A DNA stretch of 64,000 nt, from assembly GCF_036399055.1 (NCBI RefSeq), contig NZ_DASWNX010000033.1; one strand, written 5' to 3'. Below the pieces are notes generated by a model. The model was not told where the DNA came from and searched no databases. It saw nothing but the letters and a program-made list of their open reading frames with translations. Both the position numbers and the translations under genes were made by a program. Each line of letters begins with the position of its first letter. The first letter of the stretch is position 1. Positions 52,519 through 62,934 of the stretch are shown piece after piece. The DNA comes from Jatrophihabitans sp. (GTDB lineage: Bacteria; Actinomycetota; Actinomycetes; Mycobacteriales; Jatrophihabitantaceae).

Positions 52519-52680
52519 AGTACTTCCAATCTGATGTGAGATGTTGGGGGCCGTATTCAGCGTGCCCACAACCATTAAAGCACCAAGAGCGCGAACATGA
52601 GATATCGCAACGCTGCAGTTGGGGACAACTCTCACGCGCCGCGAGTGCTGAAGTCGCTAACGCTGGAGCGACGCTGGTGG

Positions 52681-54183
52681 CTACAAGGGCTTGAGAAGCG
52701 GGAATAAGATGGTTTCTCTAATTCCCTTGCCGGTCAGCATCGCAATCAGCCGGTCCACGCCGAGGCCCATTCCGCCAGTCGGCGGCATACCGTATTCGAG
52801 CGCCTGCAAGAAGTCCTCATCCAGCTCCATCGCCTCGGGATCACCGGCGGCCGCGGCCAGCGACTGCTCCACGAGCACTCGCCGTTGTTCGACCGGGTCG
52901 GCCAATTCGGAGTAGGCCGGGGCGATCTCGACACCGCCGATCACCAGGTCCCAGGCTTCGGCAAGCCGAGGGTCCGACCGGTGCTGCCTTGCCAGCGGCC
53001 GGACCGACCGTGGATAGTCGCAGACGAACGTCGGTTGAATTAAGGTGTGTTCCACCAACTTCTCGTATAACTCGAGAACAATCTCACCAGAACCCCACTC
53101 CGGCTTGAGCGCGACATTTCGCACCGCCGCCAGCTCCCGCAGCCGGTGCTCCTCGGAGTCGGGGGTAACTGATTCATCGACGGCGGCGGACACTAAATCA
53201 TAGATTGACGCCCATCGCCACTTCGTGACGAGATCGATATCCACGCCGTCAGCCGTGCGGGGTGTTTCTACGCCGACCGCGATAGCGGCGTCGAGAATGA
53301 TGGCGCGCGTCCACTCCGCGGCCGACTTGTAATCGCCGTAGGCCTCATACGCCTCGAGCATGGTGAATTCCGCTGAATGGGTGGAGTCGATGCCTTCGTT
53401 GCGGAAGGTCTTGCCGATTTCGAAAACACGATCGATTCCGCCGACCAGGGTCCGCTTGAGATATAACTCCAGCGCGATTCGAAGTGACATCGGCTGGTCG
53501 AATGCATTGAGATGCGTCTGAAAAGGCCTGGCGGCCGCCCCGCCGTGCACGGACTGCAGAATCGGCGTCTCGACCTCGATGAATCCGCGTTGGTTCAGGG
53601 TGCTGCGGATCGAGGCCAGCACGTGAGCGCGAGTCATCACCATGCGGCGCGCGTCGGGTCGCACGATCAGATCCACATAACGTTGCCGGACCCGGGTCTC
53701 TTCACTCATCGGCTTGTGCGCCACCGGCAGCGGGCGCAGGGCCTTGGCAGTCATCCGCCACACGTCAGCCAGCACTGACAGCTCACCCCGACGGGAGGAG
53801 ATGACCTCACCGTCGACGAACACCTGATCACCGAGGTCGACGTCGGCCTTCCAGTGAGCCAGCGCCTGCGGCCCGACCCGGTCGGCCGACAGCATGACCT
53901 GCAACTCGACGCCGGACTCGCGCAGAGTCGCGAAACAGAGCTTGCCGGTGTTGCGGACGAAGATCACCCGGCCGGTCACGCCCACCTTCTCGCCGGTCTC
54001 AGCGCCTGAGGGCAGGTCCGGATACGCCTGCCGGATCTGGGCCAGGGTGTGCGTGCGGGCCACCGTCGCCGGAAAAGGCGCGCGGTCGGGGTCAGACATC
54101 AACCGGTCGTACTTCTCCCGCCGGATCCTGACCTGTTCGGGCAGATCGTCGTTGGCATCGGCGGCGGCACTGGGATCGGTCAC
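52681..54183 (-). CDS. lysS: Lysine--tRNA ligase (class II)
   Basis: OB fold GKLCFA, IEVETP, FRNEG..STHSAEF, YGMPPTGGMGLGVDR. Confidence 0.97.
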   Translation of the reverse strand: MTDPSAAADANDDLPEQVRIRREKYDRLMSDPDRAPFPATVARTHTLAQIRQAYPDLPSGAETGEKVGVTGRVIFVRNTGKLCFATLRESGVELQVMLSADRVGPQALAHWKADVDLGDQVFVDGEVISSRRGELSVLADVWRMTAKALRPLPVAHKPMSEETRVRQRYVDLIVRPDARRMVMTRAHVLASIRSTLNQRGFIEVETPILQSVHGGAAARPFQTHLNAFDQPMSLRIALELYLKRTLVGGIDRVFEIGKTFRNEGIDSTHSAEFTMLEAYEAYGDYKSAAEWTRAIILDAAIAVGVETPRTADGVDIDLVTKWRWASIYDLVSAAVDESVTPDSEEHRLRELAAVRNVALKPEWGSGEIVLELYEKLVEHTLIQPTFVCDYPRSVRPLARQHRSDPRLAEAWDLVIGGVEIAPAYSELADPVEQRRVLVEQSLAAAAGDPEAMELDEDFLQALEYGMPPTGGMGLGVDRLIAMLTGKGIRETILFPLLKPL

Positions 54184-54279
54184 CGTTTCACCCTATCGGC
54201 GCACCTGCGGCCGCTCGGCGCTGCCACGCGCCGACGGTGGCGCGGGAGCCGCGAGCGACAGCGCGGCTAGGGTCCCACC

Positions 54280-55065
54280 ATGACCGGCGGGCAGCAGGAT
54301 GACCAGCGACTGCCCGACTCGGTCTTGGCCCGGTCCTTCGGATCTGAAGCCGCCCGATATGACCAGGTGCGCCCGTCCTACCCGGCGGCGGCGATCGAAC
54401 TGCTGCTCGCCGGTCTGAGAGCCGGCCCCGGCGAGGGCCGGGTCCCGCGCGTCCTGGATCTGGGCGCCGGCACCGGCAAGCTGACCGCCGTCCTGCTCGA
54501 CGCGCGGGCCGAGGTGGTGGCGGTCGAGCCGGATCGGCAGATGTTGGCTGTGCTGGCCGCCCGGTTGCCACAGGCGAACGCGCTGGCCGGCTCGGCCGAG
54601 GGCATCCCCCTACGCGACGGCTCGGTCGACGCGATCATGGTCGGCCAGGCCTTTCACTGGTTCCAACGCCCGGAGGCCGATCGCGAGCTCGCGCGGGTGC
54701 TGCGCCCCGGTGGCGTGGTCGGCCTGCTCTGGAACGTGCCCGACCACAGCGTGGAGTGGGTGTCCAAGCTCTACTGGGCGAGCAGGAAGCGCGAGCTCGC
54801 GCGGGCCCAGCAGTTCGACCAGCTCGACGGCGAGCTGTTCACCGAGCCCGAGCAGGCCTCGATGCCCTCCGAGCACCTGCTGCCCGGGCCACAGGGCCTG
54901 CGCGACCTGGTCCACACCTGGAGCTGGGTGATCACCCGGTCCAAGGCCGAGCAGGACGCCATCGACCACCGGATACGCATCCTGACCAGCCAGTACGCCG
55001 AGTTGCAGGCGCCGGTGGTGGCCTTTCCGCAACGCACCGAGGTGCTCTGGCAGTACCGGCGCTGA
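54280..55065 (+). CDS. Class I SAM-dependent methyltransferase
   Basis: YDQVRPSYP, LDLGAGTGKLT, GQAFHWF, LRPGG. Confidence 0.92.
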   Translation: MTGGQQDDQRLPDSVLARSFGSEAARYDQVRPSYPAAAIELLLAGLRAGPGEGRVPRVLDLGAGTGKLTAVLLDARAEVVAVEPDRQMLAVLAARLPQANALAGSAEGIPLRDGSVDAIMVGQAFHWFQRPEADRELARVLRPGGVVGLLWNVPDHSVEWVSKLYWASRKRELARAQQFDQLDGELFTEPEQASMPSEHLLPGPQGLRDLVHTWSWVITRSKAEQDAIDHRIRILTSQYAELQAPVVAFPQRTEVLWQYRR

Positions 55066-55169
55066 CCTCAGCACCGCTCCCCGCCAGCACCGCTCCCGGC
55101 GGCACCGCTCCCGGCGGGCGAGGGCAGGTCTACGGTGAGCCGCCTGAGGCCGTGGAGGCTCTCATCCGC

Positions 55170-55934
55170 TCACAGGTTGCGTTCGAAGATCAGCCGCAGC
55201 CCCAGCAGCGTCAAGTCGGGCTCGTGCCGGTTGACGGTCTCGGCGTGCTCCACCACCAGCGAGGCCAGGCCCCCGGTCGCGATGACCTCGACCGAGCCCG
55301 GCGCCTCGGGGACCAGGCTGGTCGCGATCCGCCTGACCAGGCCGTCCACCTGGCCGGCGAAGCCGTAGAGGATGCCTGACTGCAGCGCCTCGACGGTGTT
55401 CTTGCCGATCGGGGACCGAGGCGCGACCAGCTCGACCTTGCGCAACTGGGCGGCCCGGGCTGCCAGGGCGTCCAGCGAGATCTCGATGCCCGGGGCCAAC
55501 GCCCCGCCGAGGAACTCCCCCTTGCCGCTGACCACGTCGAAGTTGGTGGAGGTGCCGAAGTCCACCACGATGGCCGGGCCGTTGACCAGGTGAAAGGCCG
55601 CCAAGGTGTTGACGATCCGGTCCGCACCGACCTCCTTGGGGTTGTCGAACAGCAGCGCCACCCCGGTCTTGATGCCCGGTTCGACCAGCACGGTCGGTAT
55701 CCCGGGCCAGTACCGGCTGAGCATCGCCCGCAGCTCGCGCAGCGCGGCGGGCACCGTGGAGCAGCCCGAGATCGCGGTCACCGGCACGTCCTGCAGCAGG
55801 CCGGAAAAGGTGAGCATCAGCTCGTCAGCTGTGTTGCGGGCATCGGTCTTGACCCGCCACGAATGCACCAACTGCTCGCCCTCGAAGATTCCCAGGACGG
55901 TGTTGGTGTTGCCGATGTCGATGGCCAGCAGCAT
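55170..55934 (-). CDS. coaX: Type III pantothenate kinase
   Basis: IDIGNTN, GADRIVN, VDFGTS, IATGGLA. Confidence 0.97.
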   Translation of the reverse strand: MLLAIDIGNTNTVLGIFEGEQLVHSWRVKTDARNTADELMLTFSGLLQDVPVTAISGCSTVPAALRELRAMLSRYWPGIPTVLVEPGIKTGVALLFDNPKEVGADRIVNTLAAFHLVNGPAIVVDFGTSTNFDVVSGKGEFLGGALAPGIEISLDALAARAAQLRKVELVAPRSPIGKNTVEALQSGILYGFAGQVDGLVRRIATSLVPEAPGSVEVIATGGLASLVVEHAETVNRHEPDLTLLGLRLIFERNL

Positions 55935-56875
55935 CAGGCGTCAGCTCCCGCTCCGCTTAGCGCCGGTCCCGCGCTCAGGTCCGCGCTCAGGTCCAATCCG
56001 ATGTCGAGGACCGGCGCCGAATGGGTCAGGGCGCCCACCGCCAGGTAGTCCACACCGGTGCCGGCGACCGCGGCGGCCACCTGCAGGCTCAACCCGCCGG
56101 AGGCTTCGAGCTTGACCCGGCCGCCCGCGTCGGCGGCCAGCGCCACGCAGCTTCTGAGCTCGGCCAGGTTCATGTTGTCCAGCAGGACCAGTTCGGCCCC
56201 GGCCCGGATCGCCTCCTCGCATTGGGCCACCGTGTCCACCTCGACCTCCACCGGCAGCGCCGGGGCGGCCGCGCGGACCAGCTCGAACGCCTTGCTCACC
56301 GAACCGGCCGCGGCGATGTGGTTGTCCTTGATCAGCGCGGCGTCCGACAGCGACATCCGATGATTCACCCCGCCCCCGCAGCGCACCGCGTACTTCTCCA
56401 GCGCACGCAGGCCCGGCATGGTCTTTCGGGTGTCGCGGATGCTGGCGCCCGTGCCGCGGATGGTCTCGGTCCAGATCCGGGTGAGGGTGGCCACCCCGGA
56501 CAGGTGGGTCAGCAGGTTCAGCGCGGTCCGCTCGGCGGTGAGCAGGTCCCGGACCGGCCCCGACGCGCTGAGCAGCACCTCGCCGGGTCGCACGAGGCTG
56601 CCGTCCACGGCCTGGATCCGCACCCGCACCCGGCCCTGCCCCACCGCCGCGAAGACGTAGCCGGCCACGGCCAGGCCGGCGACCACCCCGGCCTCGCGGG
56701 GCACCGCGTCGGCCTGCCCGGTCTGGTCGCCGGCGATGGTGGCCGTGGTGGTGACGTCGGGGCCGTCGGCCAGGTCCTCGGCCAGCGCCCGGTCCACCAG
56801 GTCTGACACCAGCGCCACGCTCAAGCCGGCCGCGTCCAGGGCCTGCAGTATCGCCGGATCTATCGAGTGGCTCAT
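55934..56875 (-). CDS. nadC: Nicotinate-nucleotide pyrophosphorylase (carboxylating)
   Basis: ERTALN, DTRKTMPGLR, NHR, LIKDNH, EVEV, LLDN, EASGG. Confidence 0.97.
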   Translation of the reverse strand: MSHSIDPAILQALDAAGLSVALVSDLVDRALAEDLADGPDVTTTATIAGDQTGQADAVPREAGVVAGLAVAGYVFAAVGQGRVRVRIQAVDGSLVRPGEVLLSASGPVRDLLTAERTALNLLTHLSGVATLTRIWTETIRGTGASIRDTRKTMPGLRALEKYAVRCGGGVNHRMSLSDAALIKDNHIAAAGSVSKAFELVRAAAPALPVEVEVDTVAQCEEAIRAGAELVLLDNMNLAELRSCVALAADAGGRVKLEASGGLSLQVAAAVAGTGVDYLAVGALTHSAPVLDIGLDLSADLSAGPALSGAGADA

Positions 56876-58605
56876 GCCCCGGTCCTCAGGTGTTCGCTGG
56901 TGGGTTGGCTGGCGTGGTGGGAACTGCGAACGTAGTCGGTGGAGATGGTGCCGTCCGGCCCGAGCCGCAGATCCAGGTGCCCGCACCAGTTCTGGTCATC
57001 GCGCTCGGCGAAGTCCTCGCGCCAGTGCGCGCCACGGGTCTCCTCCCGACGCCGGGCTGCGGTCACCAGGGCGCTGGCCACCGTCAGCAGGTTAGTGGCC
57101 TCCCACGACTCGGTGCCCGGATCGCTGCTGCGCTGAGCGGCCAGCTTCTGCAGGCTGCCGGCGGCCCGGCGCAGGCCCGCGGCGTCACGGATCACCCCTG
57201 CGTCGGCGGACATCTCCTGTTGCAGCGGCCGCCGGATACCGGCCGCGGCGATGCCCTTGCCACGCACGTCGATGCCCAGGTCGAGCAGCGGCGCGCCGGC
57301 CGGCACGGTGCTCAGCACGTCGGCCGCGATCCGGCGGCCGAAGACCAGGCCTTCCAGCAGCGAGTTCGAAGCGAGCCGGTTGGCGCCGTGCACCCCGGTG
57401 CAGGCGACCTCGCCGCAGGCGTACAGCCCGGGCACCGAGGTGCGCCCGGTCAGGTCGGTGGCGACGCCGCCGGAGGCGTAATGGCAGGCCGGCGCCACCG
57501 GGATGAGCTGGGTCACCGGGTCCAGCCCCAGCGAGGTCAACGTGGCCAGGATCGTGGGGAACCGCACCCGCCACTTCTCCGCGCCGAAATGCCGCGCGTC
57601 CAGCCAGACATGCTCGGCGCCGGTCTCGCGCATCCGACGCAGGATCGCCTTGGCCACCACGTCGCGCGGAGCGAGGTCGGCCAGCTCGTGCTGGCCCTGC
57701 ATGAACCTGGTCCCCTGCTCGTCGACCAGCACCGCGCCCTCGCCGCGCACCGCCTCACTCACCAGCGGCTGCTGGCCGGCCGCGCTGCCGCCGAGCCACA
57801 GCACCGTCGGGTGGAACTGCACGAACTCCAGGTCACGGATCACCGCTCCGGCCCGCAACGCCGCCGCCACCCCGTCGCCGGTGGAGACCGACGGGTTGGT
57901 GGTGGCGGCGTAGACCTGGCCGATGCCCCCGGTGGCCAACACGAAGGCCCGGGCGCGGACCGCTCCGACCCCGTCCAGCTGCCCCTCGCCCATCACGTGC
58001 AGGGTGACCGCGCCGACACCACCGGCCGCGGTGGGCAGCAGGTCCAGCACCAGCGCGTGCTCGATCACCTCGATGCCGGGCGAGGCCAGCACCGCCGAGA
58101 CCAGCGCCCGCTCGATCTCGGCGCCGGTGGCGTCACCGCCGGCATGGGCGATCCGATCGGCGTGGTGCCCGCCCTCCCGGGTCAAGGACAGCTCGCCGGT
58201 GCTGGAGCGGTCGAAGCGGGTGCCCAGCTCGATCAGCTCCCGGACCGCCTGCGGCCCCTCATCGACCAGCACCCGGACCGCGTCGACGTCGCAGATGCCG
58301 ACGCCGGCCACCAGGGTGTCCTGCAGGTGCGCCTCAGCGGTGTCATCGGGCCCCAGCGCGGCGGCGATGCCGCCCTGCGCCCACCGGGTGGAACCGGCGG
58401 CCAGCACGTCCTTGGTCACCACCAGCACCCGCAGGCCGGAGCCGGTCCGGGAACCATCCGTCGCGCCAGCCCCCGGAGCGGCCGCCGAGCCGGCCGCGAT
58501 CCGCAGGGCAGTGGTGAGCCCGGCGATCCCGGAGCCGATCACCACCACGTCGGTTTCGACGATCCAGCCCGGAGCCGGCGCCAGCAGCCGCTGGGGAAGG
58601 CTCAT
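56872..58605 (-). CDS. nadB: L-aspartate oxidase
   Basis: GSGIAG, STRWAQGG, TREGGH, QFHPT, SEAVRGEG, HYASGG, GANRLASNSLLEG. Confidence 0.97.
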   Translation of the reverse strand: MSLPQRLLAPAPGWIVETDVVVIGSGIAGLTTALRIAAGSAAAPGAGATDGSRTGSGLRVLVVTKDVLAAGSTRWAQGGIAAALGPDDTAEAHLQDTLVAGVGICDVDAVRVLVDEGPQAVRELIELGTRFDRSSTGELSLTREGGHHADRIAHAGGDATGAEIERALVSAVLASPGIEVIEHALVLDLLPTAAGGVGAVTLHVMGEGQLDGVGAVRARAFVLATGGIGQVYAATTNPSVSTGDGVAAALRAGAVIRDLEFVQFHPTVLWLGGSAAGQQPLVSEAVRGEGAVLVDEQGTRFMQGQHELADLAPRDVVAKAILRRMRETGAEHVWLDARHFGAEKWRVRFPTILATLTSLGLDPVTQLIPVAPACHYASGGVATDLTGRTSVPGLYACGEVACTGVHGANRLASNSLLEGLVFGRRIAADVLSTVPAGAPLLDLGIDVRGKGIAAAGIRRPLQQEMSADAGVIRDAAGLRRAAGSLQKLAAQRSSDPGTESWEATNLLTVASALVTAARRREETRGAHWREDFAERDDQNWCGHLDLRLGPDGTISTDYVRSSHHASQPTSEHLRTGA

Positions 58606-59450
58606 CGGCCCAGCTCCACGGCGACGTTGTCGATCAGCCTGATCGATCCGATCCGGGCCGCTACCAGCAGCCTGGCCGGCCCCGTCTCCGGCGCCGGGCC
58701 GAGTTCGGCATCGCGCAGTTCGAGATAGTCCACGTCCACCCCTTCAGCGGCCTCCAGCACCTGACCGGCGGCGGCCAGCACCGCCTCGGCGGACCCGGCG
58801 GCGTTCTGACCTGCCATCAGCGCGGCGCTCAGCCACCGCGCGCTGACCCGTTCAGACGGCGACAGCAGCACGTTACGGCTTGACAGCGCCAACCCGTCCG
58901 GCTCGCGGACGGTCGGCACCGCGACCACCTGCACCTCCTGGCCCAGATCGCGAACCATCCGCCGGATCAGCATCAGCTGCTGATAGTCCTTCTCGCCGAA
59001 GAACGCCCGGTGCGGCCGGACGGCGGCGAACAGCTTGGTGACCACGGTCAGGACGCCGTCGAAGTGGCCCGGCCGGTCCGGGCCCTCCAGCTGGTCAGCC
59101 AGCTCGCCGGCGGTGACCCACACCTGGGCCGGGCCCTCGGGATAGATGTCGGCCACCTCCGGCGCCCACACCAGGTCCACCCCGCGCTGCTCGCACAGCG
59201 CCAGATCCTCCTGCAGCTGGCGCGGATAGCGCGCCAGGTCGCCGGCCTGATGAAACTGCATGGGGTTGACGAAGATGCTGGTCACCACCGCGGCGCAACT
59301 GGCTCGGGCAGCGTCGATCAGCGCCACATGGCCGGCGTGCAGGGCGCCCATCGTCGGCACCATCCCCAGGCTCGCCTGCGCGCCCAGCTCCTGGACCAGC
59401 ACCGCCCGCGCAGCGGCCAGCTCGCCGCGGGTACGGACCAGCCGGGTCAC
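58602..59450 (-). CDS. panC: Pantoate--beta-alanine ligase
   Basis: VPTMGALHAGH, FVNPMQF, RPGHF, GEKDYQQ, LSSRN, RLIDN. Confidence 0.97.
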   Translation of the reverse strand: MTRLVRTRGELAAARAVLVQELGAQASLGMVPTMGALHAGHVALIDAARASCAAVVTSIFVNPMQFHQAGDLARYPRQLQEDLALCEQRGVDLVWAPEVADIYPEGPAQVWVTAGELADQLEGPDRPGHFDGVLTVVTKLFAAVRPHRAFFGEKDYQQLMLIRRMVRDLGQEVQVVAVPTVREPDGLALSSRNVLLSPSERVSARWLSAALMAGQNAAGSAEAVLAAAGQVLEAAEGVDVDYLELRDAELGPAPETGPARLLVAARIGSIRLIDNVAVELGR

Positions 59451-60340
59451 CGGCTGTCGCCTTCGGCGTGCTCGATGCCTTCGAGCAGGTCGGCGCACTG
59501 CAGCCGAGTCAGCCGGCCGGCCGCGTGCGCGCGCTGCATGGTGCGCAGCGCCATCGCCAGGTACGGCTGCAGATAGGCGGTGCCCCGCAGGGCCCGGATG
59601 TGAGCCTCCAGGGTGCCACGGTCCCCGCGCGAAACCGGGCCGGTCAGCGCCTCGTCGGCCAGGCGCAGCGCGTTGTCCAGCGAGGCGCCCAGCAGCGGCG
59701 CGAGCAACCGGGTGGGGTCCTCGACCCCGGCCGATGCCAGCACGTCGCGGGAGTCGTTGACCAGGGTCACCAGGTGGTTGGAGCCCATCGCCAGGGCGGC
59801 GTGATAGCCCGGCCGGGCGGACTCGGGCACCCAGACCGGCTCGCCGCCGAGTTCGAGCACCAGGGTTTCGGCGACCGGACGGAACTCCTCGGGCGCGGTG
59901 ATGCCGAAGGCCACGCCATCCAGGCGCTGCAGATCCTCTGGGCGCCCGGCGAAGGTCATCACCGGATGCAGCGCCATGCCGACCACGCCGGCGCCGACCG
60001 CCGGGGCGAAGATCGCGATGCCGCTGGCCCCGGAAGTGTGGACCGCCAGCTGACCGGCCTGCCAGGCGCCGGTGGCCGCCAATCCCTGGACCAGGCCGGC
60101 AAGCTCGGTGTCAGGCACCGTCAGCAACACCAGGTCAGCCTGTCCCACCGCCTCGTCGGCAGGCACCAGTGGCACACCGGGCAGCAACCGCTCCGCCCGC
60201 CGCTGCGACTCGGCGCTGACGCCGGTGCCGGCCACCACCTGATGGCCCACCCGGCCCAGCGCGGCGCCGAGCACCGATCCCACCCGGCCGACCCCGACGA
60301 CGGCAACCCGCAACCGCGGGGCGTCACCGGATTGGATCAC
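59447..60340 (-). CDS. Rossmann-like + DUF2520 domain protein (upstream of panC)
   Basis: GVGRVG, LTVPD, HTSGA, LHPVMTF, TGPVSRGD. Confidence 0.92.
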   Translation of the reverse strand: MIQSGDAPRLRVAVVGVGRVGSVLGAALGRVGHQVVAGTGVSAESQRRAERLLPGVPLVPADEAVGQADLVLLTVPDTELAGLVQGLAATGAWQAGQLAVHTSGASGIAIFAPAVGAGVVGMALHPVMTFAGRPEDLQRLDGVAFGITAPEEFRPVAETLVLELGGEPVWVPESARPGYHAALAMGSNHLVTLVNDSRDVLASAGVEDPTRLLAPLLGASLDNALRLADEALTGPVSRGDRGTLEAHIRALRGTAYLQPYLAMALRTMQRAHAAGRLTRLQCADLLEGIEHAEGDSR

Positions 60341-60417
60341 GCGTAAAGACTAGTAGGCCAGACGGATCCGAAGGCGCGCCGGTGACCCGACCACGACCCG
60401 GGGCTCATCCGGGCTGT

Positions 60418-60795
60418 CTAGTCGGCTTGGTGCTCGGTGATTCGGAGGTAGTAGCCGTCCGGGTCGCAGATGCGAAAGTCGGTGAGCCCCCACGGTTGCC
60501 GGCGAAGGCCCTCAGTCACTTCCCCGCCCGCCTGCCGCACCGACTCGTACTCCGCATCCAGGTCGTCAACCTCAAGCACCACCTCGACACCCGTCGGAGG
60601 CCGTCTGTATTCCTGGGGCCCACTCGACGGTCTCGGCGAGAGGCCGATGACCACGCCATCACGCCGTAGGGACGCGTAGGGGTGCGACGAGTCGCGCTTG
60701 TCGGCGTCGACCTTGAAGCCCAGAACGCTGGTGTAGAAGTCAACTGAGCGATCGATGTCCACGGGGAAGAGCTCGAATCGCAAGACCATGGGCAT
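60418..60795 (-). CDS. VOC/glyoxalase-family protein
   Basis: FYTSVLGF, EVDDLDA, QPWGLTDFRICDPDGY. Confidence 0.9.
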   Translation of the reverse strand: MPMVLRFELFPVDIDRSVDFYTSVLGFKVDADKRDSSHPYASLRRDGVVIGLSPRPSSGPQEYRRPPTGVEVVLEVDDLDAEYESVRQAGGEVTEGLRRQPWGLTDFRICDPDGYYLRITEHQAD

Positions 60796-60859
60796 GAGAG
60801 GAGCCTACTAGGGACGCGGTTCGCCTAGCCAGCACGCACACGCCGGCACGTCCGTGCGC

Positions 60860-62866
60860 TTATCCGCCGGACCCGACCCGCGTGACACGGCGGCAGAACT
60901 CCAGGAGACGGGGCAGCTGCTCGTCGAAGTTGAAGAACTGTCCCGCGGCGCGCGCGTTATCTGTCAATCGGGCCAGGTGCGAACGGTCGCCCAGCTTTGC
61001 GGCGAGGTCCGGGATGCCTTCGAAGGAAATCGCGATATCGAGCTTCTCCGCGAGGTTCCGGATCGCCACCCGGTGCCCGGCGTTCTCGGCGACGATCAGT
61101 GGAAGCCCGCCCACCGAGTACGTTCCGAGGCGTCCAGGAAGGTTCAGGTCGTCCCACTGCGCGCGCCGCAAGTCACCCTTGTTGCTGCTCTGATGCACGT
61201 GCGGCCAGGCCGCGTCATACTGCGAGAGTTCCCGTGCCCAGTCCTTTGGCTCCACGTTCGGGTGCAGGTGCATGAACCGGCTATCGGCTCCGGTCTCGAT
61301 CCACTCGCTGCTCCACTTCTGGTACGTCTCGCCATACACGTGAACATGGATTCCCGCCGCAGCCAGCACGGGCATCGGCTCGAGAAACGACCTGCTTTCG
61401 ACTTTCACGCGGCCAACGCACACCGTGTGAATCTCGTTGTCCTGACTGGACAGCTTGGGCGACCACTCCTCGGTGAACCAATTGCCCTTCGGAAGGTCGC
61501 CGTCGAGGATCAGGACGCGGTCATCGCTGAGGTCGACACCGCTGTGGATCTCAAGGAACTCGCGTGACTCGTCGTTGATCAGCACGACTCCGGCGCTTTG
61601 CCTCAGAGCCGTGACGAGCGTCGGCCAGAGCCCCATCTCCATCGCGAAGAACGGGCTCTCCTTGAAGTGGAAGACGATGGGGATGTCGAGTCGGGCTGCC
61701 AGAACGCTTTCGATGAGGGGCAGGGCTTGCCAGTTCAGCAGCGCATAGATGAAGTCGGGAGCGATCTCCTTCACTCGCTCCTTCCAGTGCTCGTCGAAGG
61801 GCACGTCGGTGACTCCCTGAAACGGCAAGGGCCCCACGGTCTGCCAGGCCTGCGGTGTCTGGGTCCACATGCCGTACAGCGAGTGCCCCTGCTCAGACAT
61901 CGCCAGCAGCCGCTCCGGGTTGAACCCGAGCTCGCCGGCGACCAACACGCGCAGCCGTTCCCCCACGGGCACGGCATGGGAGCCAGCGTTCTGATCCTCC
62001 TCGAGCGGGCCGTAACGCGCGTTCTGATCGTGCGGCAGGCTCCAGAACGAGGTCTTCCAGTTGATCTTCTCGCCGGTCCGGATCCCATAGTGTTGGCGAT
62101 ACCTGGCTAAGCCGAATCCTCGTCCCGTCGGCTCAGTCGGGTGGATGTACCCGCGGCCCCCGATGATCTTGTGTCTCTGATCCGGGTGGTCACCCCACTC
62201 GCACGAGATCTCGCCGGTGTGCTTGAACGTGGCTCCCTGCGCGGCCAACGACCGCCAGTAGTCGATCTCGAGGGTGTCCGACACGCCCTCGGCCCTCGTC
62301 GGCCAGCTGACCTTGTGCTCGAGGTCCCTGCGGTGAATCACCTGGACAAGTGCCAGGAGGTTGCCGTTGCGTAGATCCTCGAACGGCGTCTCCTCGGTCC
62401 GAGCCAGGAACGCCGCCTCCTCACCGACCACCTCAGCGCCTCTGAGCGTCGGCATCTCGACGCGGACGCGGAAGGGCTTGCTCGCCTCCGTCGTCTGCCA
62501 CCAGCGGACGCCGCCATAGGCGGCGTAGCAGTCAGGGAACTGCTCCAGCAGCGCCAAGCCATCCTCAAGGTGCGCCGGGTCGAAGTAGTCGTCAGAGGGG
62601 AGATAGGCGATGTGCCGACCGCGAGCTAACTCAAGCGCTCTGGTCAGAGCCGCCCCGAGTCCCTGGTTGACCTCATGCCGGTGATAGACGATCCGATCGT
62701 CGCGGTAGCTCTGCAGGACCTGCTCGGTGTCGTCGGTCGACCCATCGTTGACAACGATGAGTTCCCAATCCCCGACGGTCTGGTGGGTCAGGCTGTGCAG
62801 TGCCCTGGGCAAGAAGAGCGCCTGGTTATAGGTGGGCATCAGCACAGAGACCGCGGGACGGGACAT
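60860..62866 (-). CDS. Two-domain glycosyltransferase: N-terminal GT2 plus C-terminal GT-B-like domain
   Basis: VSVLMPTYN, VVNDGSTD, YLPSDD. The C-terminal half has VLVAGE, FHFKE, YDAAW, PGRLGTY and a C-terminal helix typical of GT-B folds. Confidence 0.8.
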   Translation of the reverse strand: MSRPAVSVLMPTYNQALFLPRALHSLTHQTVGDWELIVVNDGSTDDTEQVLQSYRDDRIVYHRHEVNQGLGAALTRALELARGRHIAYLPSDDYFDPAHLEDGLALLEQFPDCYAAYGGVRWWQTTEASKPFRVRVEMPTLRGAEVVGEEAAFLARTEETPFEDLRNGNLLALVQVIHRRDLEHKVSWPTRAEGVSDTLEIDYWRSLAAQGATFKHTGEISCEWGDHPDQRHKIIGGRGYIHPTEPTGRGFGLARYRQHYGIRTGEKINWKTSFWSLPHDQNARYGPLEEDQNAGSHAVPVGERLRVLVAGELGFNPERLLAMSEQGHSLYGMWTQTPQAWQTVGPLPFQGVTDVPFDEHWKERVKEIAPDFIYALLNWQALPLIESVLAARLDIPIVFHFKESPFFAMEMGLWPTLVTALRQSAGVVLINDESREFLEIHSGVDLSDDRVLILDGDLPKGNWFTEEWSPKLSSQDNEIHTVCVGRVKVESRSFLEPMPVLAAAGIHVHVYGETYQKWSSEWIETGADSRFMHLHPNVEPKDWARELSQYDAAWPHVHQSSNKGDLRRAQWDDLNLPGRLGTYSVGGLPLIVAENAGHRVAIRNLAEKLDIAISFEGIPDLAAKLGDRSHLARLTDNARAAGQFFNFDEQLPRLLEFCRRVTRVGSGG

Positions 62867-62934
62867 CTTTCAACTACCTCCGGATCGTTTACAGCTCGCC
62901 CACGGCGGTGTCAACAGTGGAAAATCCACTGCGA

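Noticed and set aside
55071-55116. Short intergenic tandem repeats (3 x about 15 bp here; about 2.5 x 17 bp at 27533-27576)
   Set aside because: The two arrays are unrelated to each other, are not found elsewhere in the window, and look like local slippage.
58590-58620. No panD between panC and nadB
   Set aside because: panC-nadB-nadC-coaX without panD is, to my knowledge, also the Streptomyces arrangement. The clean ATGA overlap shows no deletion scar.
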